Positions 26,834 to 38,075 of a stretch of DNA of 64,000 nucleotides are shown piece by piece. A model generated the notes under the pieces. It worked only from the letters and a program-made list of their open reading frames with translations. It was not told the origin of the DNA and searched no databases. Location of the stretch: the NCBI GenBank assembly GCA_040285855.1, contig JAUFOQ010000016.1, forward strand, positions 3,410,001 to 3,474,000. The letters run 5' to 3'. This stretch comes from Eukaryota sp. GEM-RC1. Lineage: Eukaryota. How positions within the stretch are numbered: position 1 is the stretch's first letter; each line of letters opens with the position of its first letter. The position numbers and the translations under genes are program-made.

Positions 26834-29716
26834 ATGTCTCGTAGTCTCATCTCACACCCAACACATGGCTTATTCACACGTAGTGGTTGCTCCTTTTCGT
26901 CCTATGCATCACTATACACCTTACTGTCACAGTCAAAACTCTACATCTACTACCTCTCATCATCTGGTAATATATCGTTCCTGTTGTCTTGTAAGCCTCT
27001 CCCTGTTCCTATGTCATCAGCTACTTCCTATATTAGCATGAACAGCAGATACACTGTTGTCTATGACTTGGGTCATGTTGTTGTTCTCTGTAACCGTACT
27101 AATGAAGTTGGTCACGCGACTATTCTGCCACGTGTACAAGGCTCCCAGGTTAAGAAATCAACTTCAATAGTGGCTCTTTCAGACACGTGTTTCCTTCTTA
27201 ATATGGAAATAATTTGTAACCGTCATTTTGTCTGTTTTTTAAATATTTTTGATATTGATAATCAAATTAAAATTTCATTTCGCTTAAAGAAAGTGGACAA
27301 GTATTATTCTTCATTAATTAAAAATTCTTTAATTGCTAAAAACAATCTTTGCTTTGGAGTTTTACAAAATTCCATTGATGTATTTCTACTTAAATCGAGT
27401 AATTCAGTAATTCCCTATTTTGAGTTTCTTCATAGAGGGTCTGTTACTTTGGACTCTCTAGATTCAGCTTGTCATTTTAAAATTTTAAATTTTTGTGCCG
27501 CAGAATTCATAACTCTATTTTATATTTTTCCAGAACATGGTCATCGTAAAATACGATTTAAATTACAAGTAGTTTCGATGAACTTTTTGTCACTGAAAGT
27601 CGTCGTTCTACGAACTGAAACTTTGTTTGAATTAAACAATTCATTCTCTTATGATTCTAATTGGGGGTCGTTTGTGAGTTTTACTGAGAAGTCGAACAAT
27701 TTAAATTCTACTCAAAATAGTTTCACAAATTTTGCCGAATTTTTATTCAAATTTGATTGCTGTTTTAAAAATACTTTTATTGTTGGCTGTGATATTAACA
27801 TCGTCTTTGATCAGAATTCTTCATTGATGTGTTTGAAATCCGTATCGTCAAAGTTTTACTCAAATGATGCAGTTTTAACAATGAATCCATGTCTCTTAAA
27901 TTTTGAAAATTTTACAGTACTGGCTAATACGAACAGTTTTTTAATTCTTCCCTCGAATTTCATCGACATTTTTAAAATTGTTAATAATTCTCTGTGCTTC
28001 GTTGCTCACCATCATCTGTTTTTAAATTATTTTGTATCTGTCACGGCTTCTTCCATGACAGTTCATCTTTTGGATCAAAATTTTAAATTTTTTAAAGCAC
28101 TAGTTGTTACAAATTCTACAGTAATTCTACAGGATTTGGAAAGTCATTCTCTTGTTTGTCAGTGTTGGAATTTTGATCTCGAAACACGTGCTTTAAATCT
28201 GCTCGATACTATAACTCTTTCTATTATGAAGTCTTCAACTGTTGTGGCTTTAAATTTTTTAAATTTTGGAGAAACTCCATCAAGTGCCTCTGTTCTTTCT
28301 ATTACTGATTGTCAATTTGTTGTTTATACTGTCAATGCGTTAGAACGTGAACATTTTGCTGTTGAGAATAAGTCTTTAGTCACTTGTTTAACAGGAACTT
28401 TTGATCCAACAAATTTCAGCACACACGTGTTTTTGCAATCTGATTGTTTCTATTCTATTATCCCCTGTCTGTTGCCGAGAACTCTTAAAAGACAGGAATT
28501 TTTGAACAGTACTGATGATAATTTGAATTTATTAAAATTTGCCGTTTTACCACATTTCTTAAATTCCTCCAAGAAATCAACGTTTTTGGAATTTTTCGAT
28601 TTTCAATGTTCTCTTATTCTTTCTGATGCCATTTGCAGTTATAAAACGGGATCAAGTATTCAAAATTTCGGCATTTTTGAATCAATGGAAACTGTTTTGG
28701 ACCAAATCTTGAATCTCAAACTTCTTTCTTCTCAACCTACTACTTTTGATTATTCTTTAAAATTTCCATCTCAGAGTTTTGATTTTGACCTTTATATATC
28801 TCTGGATCTTTTCGGAAAGTTTTACTATATTCTGCAAACTTTTGATGCTATGAAGAGTACGTCCATGCCAATTTGTTTTTTGACTGGCTGTTTCAGTGAA
28901 TCAAATTTGATTGATGGTTCTCAGTCGCTGGAGATGCTGTTTGCTCGTGGTGGACATTTTTGGGCTCCAATTGATCGACTGCAGATGACTCTCAATCAAA
29001 AATTCAAATTTTTACTTAAAAGTCAAGATTTTTCTCGATTACCACTATATCTGTTTCTCAGCAACAAGTCTGTGAACACCACCTGTCAAGTATTAGCAAC
29101 TCTACATCGACAACGTAACGAGAATTTAAAATATTCATTTTACACACAAAATTTTTCTTCTGAAAAAGCAATCAAATCAGCTACAGCCTCAGCTTTTGCA
29201 GCAATGTCACGTCTTGAATTTGAGTTTGCCGCCTTTTTGTTTATTTTGGCAGGTAACTATAATGACGGATGTAGTGCTTTGGTCAAAGGAAATTTGATTG
29301 AGCTCTCTGTTGTTGTTGGTAGAATTTTTAAATGTTTTGATTTTTTGAATTCTATGTCTTCAAGTTTTGCTGAAAAATCGTTATTTTTGTTTGTTTCTGG
29401 ACAAAAGTCTGATGCCGTTCTACTTTTGTTTGAAGAAGTCTGTAAACTTCAAAATTTTCAGAGTTTTGATTTTTCAAATGATGTCTTCTTTTCGAGTATT
29501 TTTCTAATTTTACTATTTTTAACTAGGAATCCTCTCAGCTATCAACTTTTAAAAATTTCGAAAACAACCGATTTTAATTTATTTGTTATTAATTTGTTAG
29601 TGCGTACATCATCGTTGGTATCAAAGAAATCCAAAAATTTGGGAATTTTGTTGTTAAAAGTTGTTCAAATATTTAAAAATCAGAATTCTGGAGTTTCTAC
29701 TTTTGGGAAACGATGA
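26834..29716 (+). CDS. RAV1: Large protein with a Rav1/DMXL-like C-terminal domain (RAVE complex)
   Basis: NFSSEKAIKSATASAFAAMSRLEFEFAAFLFILAG resembles the Rav1p_C conserved block; ~960-aa open frame from ATG 26834. Confidence 0.65.
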   Translation: MSRSLISHPTHGLFTRSGCSFSSYASLYTLLSQSKLYIYYLSSSGNISFLLSCKPLPVPMSSATSYISMNSRYTVVYDLGHVVVLCNRTNEVGHATILPRVQGSQVKKSTSIVALSDTCFLLNMEIICNRHFVCFLNIFDIDNQIKISFRLKKVDKYYSSLIKNSLIAKNNLCFGVLQNSIDVFLLKSSNSVIPYFEFLHRGSVTLDSLDSACHFKILNFCAAEFITLFYIFPEHGHRKIRFKLQVVSMNFLSLKVVVLRTETLFELNNSFSYDSNWGSFVSFTEKSNNLNSTQNSFTNFAEFLFKFDCCFKNTFIVGCDINIVFDQNSSLMCLKSVSSKFYSNDAVLTMNPCLLNFENFTVLANTNSFLILPSNFIDIFKIVNNSLCFVAHHHLFLNYFVSVTASSMTVHLLDQNFKFFKALVVTNSTVILQDLESHSLVCQCWNFDLETRALNLLDTITLSIMKSSTVVALNFLNFGETPSSASVLSITDCQFVVYTVNALEREHFAVENKSLVTCLTGTFDPTNFSTHVFLQSDCFYSIIPCLLPRTLKRQEFLNSTDDNLNLLKFAVLPHFLNSSKKSTFLEFFDFQCSLILSDAICSYKTGSSIQNFGIFESMETVLDQILNLKLLSSQPTTFDYSLKFPSQSFDFDLYISLDLFGKFYYILQTFDAMKSTSMPICFLTGCFSESNLIDGSQSLEMLFARGGHFWAPIDRLQMTLNQKFKFLLKSQDFSRLPLYLFLSNKSVNTTCQVLATLHRQRNENLKYSFYTQNFSSEKAIKSATASAFAAMSRLEFEFAAFLFILAGNYNDGCSALVKGNLIELSVVVGRIFKCFDFLNSMSSSFAEKSLFLFVSGQKSDAVLLLFEEVCKLQNFQSFDFSNDVFFSSIFLILLFLTRNPLSYQLLKISKTTDFNLFVINLLVRTSSLVSKKSKNLGILLLKVVQIFKNQNSGVSTFGKR

Positions 29717-29845
29717 TGAATCAATTGAATTGATTCATAATATTTCGCTAATATCAAATAATATTTGTTCAAATTTACAACTTCCAGTGAATATAAATTG
29801 AAGTTTTTTTTACATATTTTTCAAGTTTGTTAAAAATTAAAAACC

Positions 29846-30535
29846 TTAACCTTTTGGCACGGTCACCCCCATAACAGAACATGTATTAACTGACAAATCA
29901 CACAAACTTGAAACCCAGTCTGAGACAGAAAACTCAAGAGATTTGTCTGGTAATGATTCCAAAAGAATTGTCAAAAATGGAGATTTGGTTCTGAGTAAAT
30001 TAATTAAGACATTAACAGAAAGCTTTTGATATGCCGGTCTAAACCTAAACTCAATTGTAGCTTCATTAAATATAACTCCAAATACCAGAACCCTCCAAAA
30101 CTGAGCAAAAGAGATCATTGACATTGGGAGAAGTTTCATGAGAGCAGAAATTGAAGGTGAAATGACGTCAGCAAAAGGTTGAAAATGAAACAGCAGAAGT
30201 TGAAGCCAGTCAGAAGGTGGCAAAGAGAAGGAAATCTTGTCTGCGAAGCAACCATGGATGGAACGTAGATAGCGCCCCCTTTGAATTAAACCAAGAGGAA
30301 CTTCCGGAGCTAAGGCTTCAGATGATTTGAAGTTAGGATCCAAGAAAGAGGCTAGAGATGAAAATATGTTGGAAGATCGATGTAGTACTGAATGAGCTGC
30401 TCCATCAGCAAGTAGACAAGGAACACCATAGAAGTTTAGATAGAATTGAGGAGTGTTGTTGGTGAAAAATGAACGAAAGTTCTTAGACACAATGGGGGAC
30501 ACCAGTTGTACAGAAAGGATGTGAGAGAGTGACAT
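29846..30535 (-). CDS. Hypothetical protein, 229 aa
   Basis: ATG-initiated ORF in a gene-dense island, divergent from the next gene; no motif recognised. Confidence 0.65.
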   Translation of the reverse strand: MSLSHILSVQLVSPIVSKNFRSFFTNNTPQFYLNFYGVPCLLADGAAHSVLHRSSNIFSSLASFLDPNFKSSEALAPEVPLGLIQRGRYLRSIHGCFADKISFSLPPSDWLQLLLFHFQPFADVISPSISALMKLLPMSMISFAQFWRVLVFGVIFNEATIEFRFRPAYQKLSVNVLINLLRTKSPFLTILLESLPDKSLEFSVSDWVSSLCDLSVNTCSVMGVTVPKG

Positions 30536-30622
30536 GTTGGTGGTTATTTAAGACAAATCTATAGAAGTAGCAACAAATCAGACACAGAACATTTAGTTTC
30601 TCTCTACAGAATCATCAGCTCT

Positions 30623-31390
30623 ATGAATGTCCTTTTAAATTCAGAAGCTTTGTCACATGTTGAAGCATATCAAGAATATCTTAATATTGTCGGTGAAGAT
30701 GTCTCTGCTCCTTTGTTATCTCAAAAGGAGTTTGAAGCAAAACGACAAAAAATGATAGACAATGCACACAATCGTGTGTATACCTTTTGGGTAAACTCAC
30801 AAGGAGTTCATTGCCGCACTGTTGGACCTGCAACCAACTGTGTGTGTGGACATAGATACCGAGTACACGCTCCCAGCTCTATTGAGGAGAAGTCATCGTG
30901 TCGTTCAATGGGTTGTAAGTGTAGGTCGTTTGATGTTCTACCTGGTCATGGATCTAGTTACTCGAGGTGTCGTTGCAAACACTCTGCAGAGGAACATGCT
31001 GCCACTGGAAGACGGGTTTGTAACAGAACTACATGTGGTTGCGAAGGATTTATTTCCCCAATGACTTGTACTTGTGGTGAACCTTGTGCAAATCATAAGA
31101 CAATGTTTTATACCACAGAGCAGTTACGAGCTCAAGGACGCAATACAGAAAATCTATGTGGAGGACCATCTTATCCAACTGCAGGAGGACTTACCAATTT
31201 TTCATCTATTCTTGGAGAAAGTGTTGGTTATGGAAATCTTCCTCCCAGTCATCACTCTTCTAAAACGATCGCTGGTGACCATGAACAAGGTCCCCCACCT
31301 GCAATTGGGTCACAGTCTGAGTTGGATATGCTTTATGAGTTGAAACAACGACAAGAACGTGAAAAAAGGAGATCTCGATATCGTAAATAA
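30623..31390 (+). CDS. FAM221: FAM221-like Cys/His-rich protein
   Basis: YQEYLNIVGED, CRTVGPATNCVCGHRYRVH, CRCKHSAEEH, CGCEGF..CTCGEPCANH. Confidence 0.8.
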   Translation: MNVLLNSEALSHVEAYQEYLNIVGEDVSAPLLSQKEFEAKRQKMIDNAHNRVYTFWVNSQGVHCRTVGPATNCVCGHRYRVHAPSSIEEKSSCRSMGCKCRSFDVLPGHGSSYSRCRCKHSAEEHAATGRRVCNRTTCGCEGFISPMTCTCGEPCANHKTMFYTTEQLRAQGRNTENLCGGPSYPTAGGLTNFSSILGESVGYGNLPPSHHSSKTIAGDHEQGPPPAIGSQSELDMLYELKQRQEREKRRSRYRK

Positions 31391-31660
31391 AATTATTTAA
31401 AATATTTGTATGCATGTACTGTAGTTGTGTGTTCATTTCAGTTTTCTTGATGTATTTCTCTGACTAAACATCATAGTGGGCAATCTGTGGTGATCAAGTA
31501 TTAAATTTGTGTGTTGTAAAAACGAGTTGATCATTGTAGAGAACACTTTATTCGGTACCCAAAAAGGCAACATTCCTTCAACAATATGATTTTTGATTGC
31601 TATTCCGAAGATGTTGCTCAACTCAATCAAAAGTGTATATTTTATTTATATTTATATTTA

Positions 31661-33799
31661 GGGATAACTACAAAATCCACCTAAGTACAATAAGTTTAAT
31701 CAAAATCCACCCCAATTGTTTTCACCTTTTTTTTGCTTCAAAAACCACCTTCTTGTAGTCTTCTTCTTTCATGACAGTTGGTTTAAATCTTAATAAACTC
31801 AAGTCCAATGAAGTGATTTCCATCGAAGTGAATCAGACTTATGAATCACGGTGTCATATGCTTCAAATCCTCCATCAATATGTCATCCAAGAAAACAAAG
31901 ACTTTGTTCTGGCGAACAACAACAACAAAACTCGCTTCAAAATTGGGTGTGTAGATCCTAACTGTCCCTTTTTACTGAAAGCGATTTCTTCTGCAGGAAC
32001 AGAACCATGGGTAGTGACTTCCTTTAATGCACACAACTCTCCCTGTGAAGCTAAAATTAAGACCTCTGTTCCTCCTAAAGTAGCTGCCTTAATACTGAAG
32101 GAAGAATTTAGACACTCTGGAATAGTCTCTCCTACTAGAATGCAAAGAATGTCGGAAATGCCTGTGACCCAGAACGCGTGTTCTAGAATGATTAAAGAAG
32201 CTCAATTATTGCTATATGGTGATAAGCAACACTCTTACAGTCTCTTGCCAAGGTATTTCCGTCTTCTGAAGGATAAGATGCCAGGTACGGTGACTGTCAT
32301 CGAGTCCGGAGATGATGGTGAATTTAGTAGATGTTTTCTTGCTTTTGAAGCATCCATCCAAGGATTTCAGTATTGTAAGCCTGTAATTGGTTTGGATGGA
32401 TGTCACATCAAGAGCCAATATCTCGGTGTTATGCTTATTGCAGTTGCAATTGATGCGAATGGCCACACGTTTCCGCTTGCATTTTCTGTTGTGGACACCG
32501 AAAGCACAGATACATGGACCTGGTTTCTTGACAACTTAAGACAAGTGTATGATTTATCTGATGTAACTATCATTTCTGATAGACAGAAAGGTTTGATCAA
32601 CGCTACCCGAAATGTTCTATCAGATATTCCTCATGCATTTTGTGTGAAGCATTTAGCCGACAACGCTAATGGAAGAGGCTCGAAAACGGCTAGACCATTC
32701 ATCTTTCGTTTGGCAAAAGCTAAAAATGTTGCACAGTATGAAAACATCATGACAGAAATGGCAACAGTGTCGCAATCAGCCGCTGATTACATCAATCGAA
32801 CTGCCAATCCGGAAAATTGGGTAGAATTCATGTTCCCAGGAAACAGATGGGGCCATACCACAAGCAACGTGGTAGAATCAGTGAATGCTGCTATTAACGA
32901 AGCACGCCAACAACCGATTGTACAAATGTTCGAAACTATTCGTGCTATGCTTGCAAGATGGTTTGTTACAAGAAGAAAGGAAGCTCGAGAAATCGCATTC
33001 CCTCTAGTACCAAGAGCATCTAAGATCTTGGAAGAAAGATTGTTGCTTGTACGAAATCTGCGTCATGTCGAAGTAGATATCAATGAATATGAAGTTTATG
33101 ATGAAGGAAGGGTATTCAACGTGAATGTGGAGGACAAAAGCTGTACGTGTTGTGATGCTAAGGAAGGAATCCCATGTTCGCATCTGCTATTGCTACTTTC
33201 TGCTACTGGTTCAAGAGGGATCGAGTACTGTGCTAATCAACACACCACGTTGTTTTATTTCCGAACGTATGAAGGGAGAATTCTCTCAGTTGATGATGTA
33301 CAACTTCGTCATTACTTGCTTGATGATGATGTAGAAGGAATTGTGTCTGGTCCACCTATTGCAAAGCCAAGAGTTGGTAGACCGAAGATTGTACGGATGA
33401 AGAAAAAAGCCGAACCATCTGCTGGAAAACCTCGCAAAGATCACAGGTCTTCTGATGAGCCTCCACTAAAACGAACATATACATGTGGTAAATGTGGAGG
33501 AAAAGGTCATAGCAAGAGATCTTGTACTAGCTAGTAACTAAATAAATGTACCTGTAGTTTATATTTCAATCTGTAAGAAACTAAAGGTATGTAAAAGAGG
33601 ATACAACATGAAGTACTGTTGGGGAAGAAGAAACGGTGTATGAAATGGAATAAAGTGGAGCAATCACATCATACGTCATCAGCTCATTTGTGGTTTTTCA
33701 ACATAGAGTTGAGATAATGTGGATTTTGAATTTTTTTTTCTTGAATCTTGGTGGATTTTGATTAAAAATATAGAACTTGGTGGATTTTGGTGTTGTCCC
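31661..33799 (+). mobile_element. Intact Mutator-like DNA transposon (MULE)
   Basis: Imperfect ~50-bp TIRs (GGGATAACTACAAAATCCACC.. / ..GGTGGATTTTGGTGTTGTCCC); perfect 9-bp TSD TTATATTTA at 31652-31660 and 33800-33808. Confidence 0.95.
31771..33534 (+). CDS. MuDR/MULE DDE transposase with SWIM and CCHC zinc fingers, 587 aa
   Basis: LDGCH, ISDRQKG, CVKHL, TSNVVESVN, CTC..PCSH, CGKCGGKGHSKRSC. Confidence 0.95.
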   Translation: MTVGLNLNKLKSNEVISIEVNQTYESRCHMLQILHQYVIQENKDFVLANNNNKTRFKIGCVDPNCPFLLKAISSAGTEPWVVTSFNAHNSPCEAKIKTSVPPKVAALILKEEFRHSGIVSPTRMQRMSEMPVTQNACSRMIKEAQLLLYGDKQHSYSLLPRYFRLLKDKMPGTVTVIESGDDGEFSRCFLAFEASIQGFQYCKPVIGLDGCHIKSQYLGVMLIAVAIDANGHTFPLAFSVVDTESTDTWTWFLDNLRQVYDLSDVTIISDRQKGLINATRNVLSDIPHAFCVKHLADNANGRGSKTARPFIFRLAKAKNVAQYENIMTEMATVSQSAADYINRTANPENWVEFMFPGNRWGHTTSNVVESVNAAINEARQQPIVQMFETIRAMLARWFVTRRKEAREIAFPLVPRASKILEERLLLVRNLRHVEVDINEYEVYDEGRVFNVNVEDKSCTCCDAKEGIPCSHLLLLLSATGSRGIEYCANQHTTLFYFRTYEGRILSVDDVQLRHYLLDDDVEGIVSGPPIAKPRVGRPKIVRMKKKAEPSAGKPRKDHRSSDEPPLKRTYTCGKCGGKGHSKRSCTS

Positions 33800-33809
33800 T
33801 TATATTTAT

Positions 33810-35265
33810 ATTTGTTCCATTTGATATTTCTATTTTTGGTAGTATTGGTGAAATGGCTTCTCAGTTTTTAACTGATTTTGGATCTATGTGTAAGACTCAG
33901 AATAAGAGATTTAATTTATCAATATTCCAAAAAGAAAATTCTTATGGGCAAATACGTGCTGACTTGATTATACCTTCATCTTCTGAATCTCTGACAGTTA
34001 TCGATGTTGTTTCAGTGGATGTTCGCAAAAAAAGATGTAACAAGTTTGTTACAACGGAAATCTCACCTTTAGACATTGCTGAAAATAACAAGCAAAGAAA
34101 GTATGATAATCCTTTGAAAGACCTGAAACACATTGTCCATGTTGAATATTCACTTGTCCCATTTGCGATTTCCATATATGGTAGATTAGGCAAATTGGCC
34201 TTGAAGTTCCTTGATGAATTTGCAAAAGTTGTAGCTCGTAGAACCAACAAAATATTTGATCGTTCTTTTGGCAGAACCGAATTGTCTTTACGATTCTAAA
34301 GGCAGTTCCCACAATGATTTCAAAAGCTTTGTTATCCCTAAGTGTGTTTTATGAAGACAAAGCTTCAACAAGGTTCGATTCGAAGGAATCTTGTTTTGAT
34401 GACATTGAGTATTAGATCATCTTTTTGTATTTTTGAATTTTAGTTAGTGTCTGTTAGTTATTAACTTCTTCAAATGCATTTATTTCACTGACTGATCATA
34501 AACCCCGTTTTTTCGAATAAAAAATTCTAAAAATTTATCAATTTGGCACAACCAGTTGATTTTTTGTTTGTTCCGTTCGATGCCTAGAGTATCTTAATTC
34601 AATTATCACAAAGTTGTTTAAAAACTATGGTACTGTTGACCAGGAATTTTATGTGTCATGTAAGTTACTAGTAAGCTAGTGTTTCATTGTTTTTATTATG
34701 CTGTGTATGTGTGTGCCATTCATTGATAAACCTTTTTTAAAATATGAAATTACAAATGCTCTTTGCTTAGGTCTGTTTCCATCTGAATTGTTGGATAATA
34801 CTATGTGTTGTTGTGATAAAATAACAAAAACTGGACTTCAAACACTTTGTCAGTTGTAAAAAATTCCTTCAGTTTAGATCGATCTTACACAATGCTGTTC
34901 GTGACGTTACGTGCGAAATGTTGAAATTTCATGGGTTTAAAGGGAAAATCGAACCTCTTCTTAAGCATTATGGTGATGATAATATTGCCAATTCTCGACG
35001 ATGTGACCATGATTCTTGTCAAGCAGTGGAAGATTTTACTACTGTTGATCCATGTGCAAAAGTATATTTGAATTCAGTTTCGAGTGACACTGAGAATCAT
35101 TTATCCAAAGCTGAAGAAAAAAGTGTGATACTTATTCTGACACAATGATCAAACTGAATTCCAAGTTGTATTCTTATTTTAATTCATTCCAATTCTTAAG
35201 TGGTGCTGATAATTTCTTTGATGCCTTTTCAAAAATGTGCAGTGATCATAGGAACGATTGTAATC
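33810..35265 (+). pseudogene. Fragments of RLE-type non-LTR retrotransposon 3' ends
   Basis: RADL..DVVSVD..AENNKQRKY..PFAISIYG; 34760-35265 matches the copy at 63230-63770. Confidence 0.75.
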
Positions 35266-35292
35266 AGACTCTTTCGTGCACTCGCGATGTTT

Positions 35293-36148
35293 TGTCTTTA
35301 TATAGAAGTTGCCAAATCCAAACGACTTCATCCCTATCCGGTAAAAGATCACCTTTTTCATCATTAACATTCACACCAAACTTGTACAATTTCTCTGTAT
35401 ATTTGGATCGTTTTAAAACAAGTGAAGAGAAATAGAAAGACATATTGCGATATACAGAAAACACTATACGGTTTTTCCATTCAGCCATTCTAAACTGACA
35501 CTTCTTTTCTTTACACAATTCTTCGAAATCCTGGAAAAATTGATCACTAGCAGGACCAATCGATCCAAAAGAGAAACAGTAAACTGTTAAAGCACAATTT
35601 TGGAACATGATTTTCGATATAATTCTTCTACTTGACAGTTATACTTGGAATGGTTGAGCTTTTCTGCAGCTGTTAACGGATTAAGAGATTAATCTATTGA
35701 ACAACAACATAAGATTTGTTACAAACATCTGCTGTGGTAAAATCCATTAGTGACTGACTCGATTTAAGTCAGCCACCGAGTATGTAGATCACCTCTTTTT
35801 GATCAGTAAATTCGTTTTCTAAAAGATGATCCAAAACTGGTTCAACCTTAGAGTGAAAGTCATGTGCTTTAAACATAGAATAACAAGAATCACATAAACC
35901 ATCGTGAATAACTGAACGTGAACGTAGATGAATAATATATCGACACAATTAATTTAATGACAAAAACACAATTAACTCCACAAGAGCAAGTTGAATAGTT
36001 TAAGAAATTTGCAGGCCAAATAGTCAATCAAAGACGCTTGTTAATCATGTAGGCTTCGTTAGATAAGTGGAATCCAGGCTCCTTCGGAATTTGAGAAATA
36101 AAACCAGAAGGTCCTCTATTACAAAGGTCAATTAAAAAAGCAGCGATT
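35293..36148 (-). pseudogene. Decayed 3' copy of the non-LTR element at 54931-58695
   Basis: Colinear nucleotide similarity to 54934-55735 (AEWKNRIVFS..., GPSGFISQIPK). Confidence 0.85.
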
Positions 36149-36428
36149 ATTGTTGTAAAGACAACATTCGGAGACCGATTTCCAATTGTTTAGAAATGAG
36201 TACACTTATAATGGTAATTAGTCTGTATTGGAAATTAATGTCATTTTTCCTAAAGCAATATCTTCAATATTTTAAAATATAGTATTTTAATACAATAGGA
36301 AGTATACTAGTGTGCAAGTATTACTGTATGACCAAATAACTCACCACTGTACTCTTCTCCAAAGTTTACCGTGCGTCTCTATTGTCAATAGTTTCGCCTC
36401 AAACAAACCATCATGACATCATGTATGG

Positions 36429-36523
36429 TGTTATGAGAAACACGTGTTATAAGTAGCTTTAGTTTCATTTTGACCTAACCTTTTCTTGGTTACATAAACC
36501 TATCTTTGCTATAACTGGCATCA
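36429..36523 (+). repeat. 5' LTR (95 bp)
   Basis: TGTTATGAGAAAC...CTGGCATCA, identical to 43045-43139. Confidence 0.93.
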
Positions 36524-36551
36524 ATACGTATTGGCCTACTTTAGTTAAAGT

Positions 36552-38075
36552 ATGTCCTTCTCTAACCCCTTAGATGAAATCAGCGTAGCCCTGAGTACCG
36601 CCTCCGGCTTTCGCAAAGTGGATCCTCCCACTCTTACCTCACTAACTCCAGGTTCCATAAGCGCCTTCTTATGGAAGATCTCCGTCTACCTCAGCCCTGA
36701 GGCCGCCGCTATCGATATCCCCGAAGAAAAGTCCTCCTCCGTTTTAGAAAAGTCCTCCTCCGACTTTGACGAAGACGAAGTCCCGAAACAACGCTCCCAC
36801 ATCGAAGATGTGGTCAGTGACCTAACCATGCCTCAGAACTTCCATGCTTATATCTCCCACGGAGTCATCGACCTATTGAAGATGACTTGTCCCTCTGCCC
36901 TCTCCTCGCAGCCTGAATTATGGGAGTACCTTATCTCCTTGACCTTATGCTCTTCCGCATCAGAAGCCCGTTCTGTACTCTCATCACTCTCCATGGACGA
37001 CTCCATCCGCTCACCGTCCGCTCGTTTAAACAAATACCTGCTGGACTTCCGTCTCACTCTTTCCAGATGCCGCCTCTGCATCAACAAACCCTCCATGCTC
37101 TTCGAAGCCTTCATCAAAGGCATCTCTATCCGCCCTCTCAACAACGCACTTTGGGATGAATTTAAATGCGGCAACATCTCCTCCTTCCAAGAACTAATTT
37201 CCATTACAATGGAAACCTTCGAACATGTGAACTCTACAGCCTACCAACCCAACTTCAACCAAAAGAACAATCCCCCTTTCCGAAATAGACCTTCCAAGAA
37301 TTTCCAAGCATCTCCTCACTCTCGCTACGGAACTCCGTCATCCAGATCCTCATCATCAATGTCTAACTTTAAATCTCCCTCCCGCACTTCTAACTTTCAT
37401 TCTTCTCCTCACCAGAACTCCCCTTCTTCCGGCCGTTTCTGTAACTTTTGTAAGAAACCTGGACACACTATCGACTTCTGCCGTGACCCGGAATGCAAAA
37501 GAAACAAACTTAGCCCCTCCAACAAATTCTCTAATAACTCCAAACCTCAAAGTCAACCTAAGAATAAACCATACAATCGAAGGAACCCAACAGTCAACAG
37601 AACGTACGGAACCAGACAAAATACCGCTCCTCAACAAACCAACTGTATCTTTAACACTCCTGAAACCTTTTGTACCGAAGACACCCCAATTGAGTTCGAC
37701 CTTGAACTTCCAAAATTTCTTAATAACCCCTACCCCGGATCGGACACTTACACCGTTTCCCAAGACCTTCCGGATATCTTTTTCCACCAACAAAAGAAAT
37801 CTACTAACCTTACTCAAATGGATAACCCTTACAAAATCACTTCATCCAATCTCTCTCCTGACATCGTTCCAGCTCCTGAGGAAATAACCTCCCCGTTGAG
37901 GCGAATCAAGGACGTTAGCTACGGCTACGGACGACCTCACGCTTTGAACTCAGTTCTTAGCAATGGCGCGGACGATGGAAGGTTAGAGAACCTGGGTGCG
38001 GAGACCATGTCCAGAACTTCTTCTCCCTTTGACTTATTGAATCTTATGAAGAAGGATCACTTCCTGCAATTTTAG
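36552..38075 (+). CDS. Gag with CCHC zinc knuckle
   Basis: CNFCKKPGHTIDFC; 507-aa ORF starting 28 bp after the 5' LTR. Confidence 0.85.
   Translation: MSFSNPLDEISVALSTASGFRKVDPPTLTSLTPGSISAFLWKISVYLSPEAAAIDIPEEKSSSVLEKSSSDFDEDEVPKQRSHIEDVVSDLTMPQNFHAYISHGVIDLLKMTCPSALSSQPELWEYLISLTLCSSASEARSVLSSLSMDDSIRSPSARLNKYLLDFRLTLSRCRLCINKPSMLFEAFIKGISIRPLNNALWDEFKCGNISSFQELISITMETFEHVNSTAYQPNFNQKNNPPFRNRPSKNFQASPHSRYGTPSSRSSSSMSNFKSPSRTSNFHSSPHQNSPSSGRFCNFCKKPGHTIDFCRDPECKRNKLSPSNKFSNNSKPQSQPKNKPYNRRNPTVNRTYGTRQNTAPQQTNCIFNTPETFCTEDTPIEFDLELPKFLNNPYPGSDTYTVSQDLPDIFFHQQKKSTNLTQMDNPYKITSSNLSPDIVPAPEEITSPLRRIKDVSYGYGRPHALNSVLSNGADDGRLENLGAETMSRTSSPFDLLNLMKKDHFLQF

Noticed and set aside
18350..31390. Alternative nuclear genetic code (TAA/TAG=Gln)
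   Set aside because: Host ORFs of ~1000 codons are open under the standard code, and genes end in TAA, TAG or TGA.
38033..38075. Programmed -1 gag-pol slippery site
   Set aside because: The frames overlap by ~40 nt, but no canonical X XXY YYZ heptamer is in the gag frame; it could be an indel.
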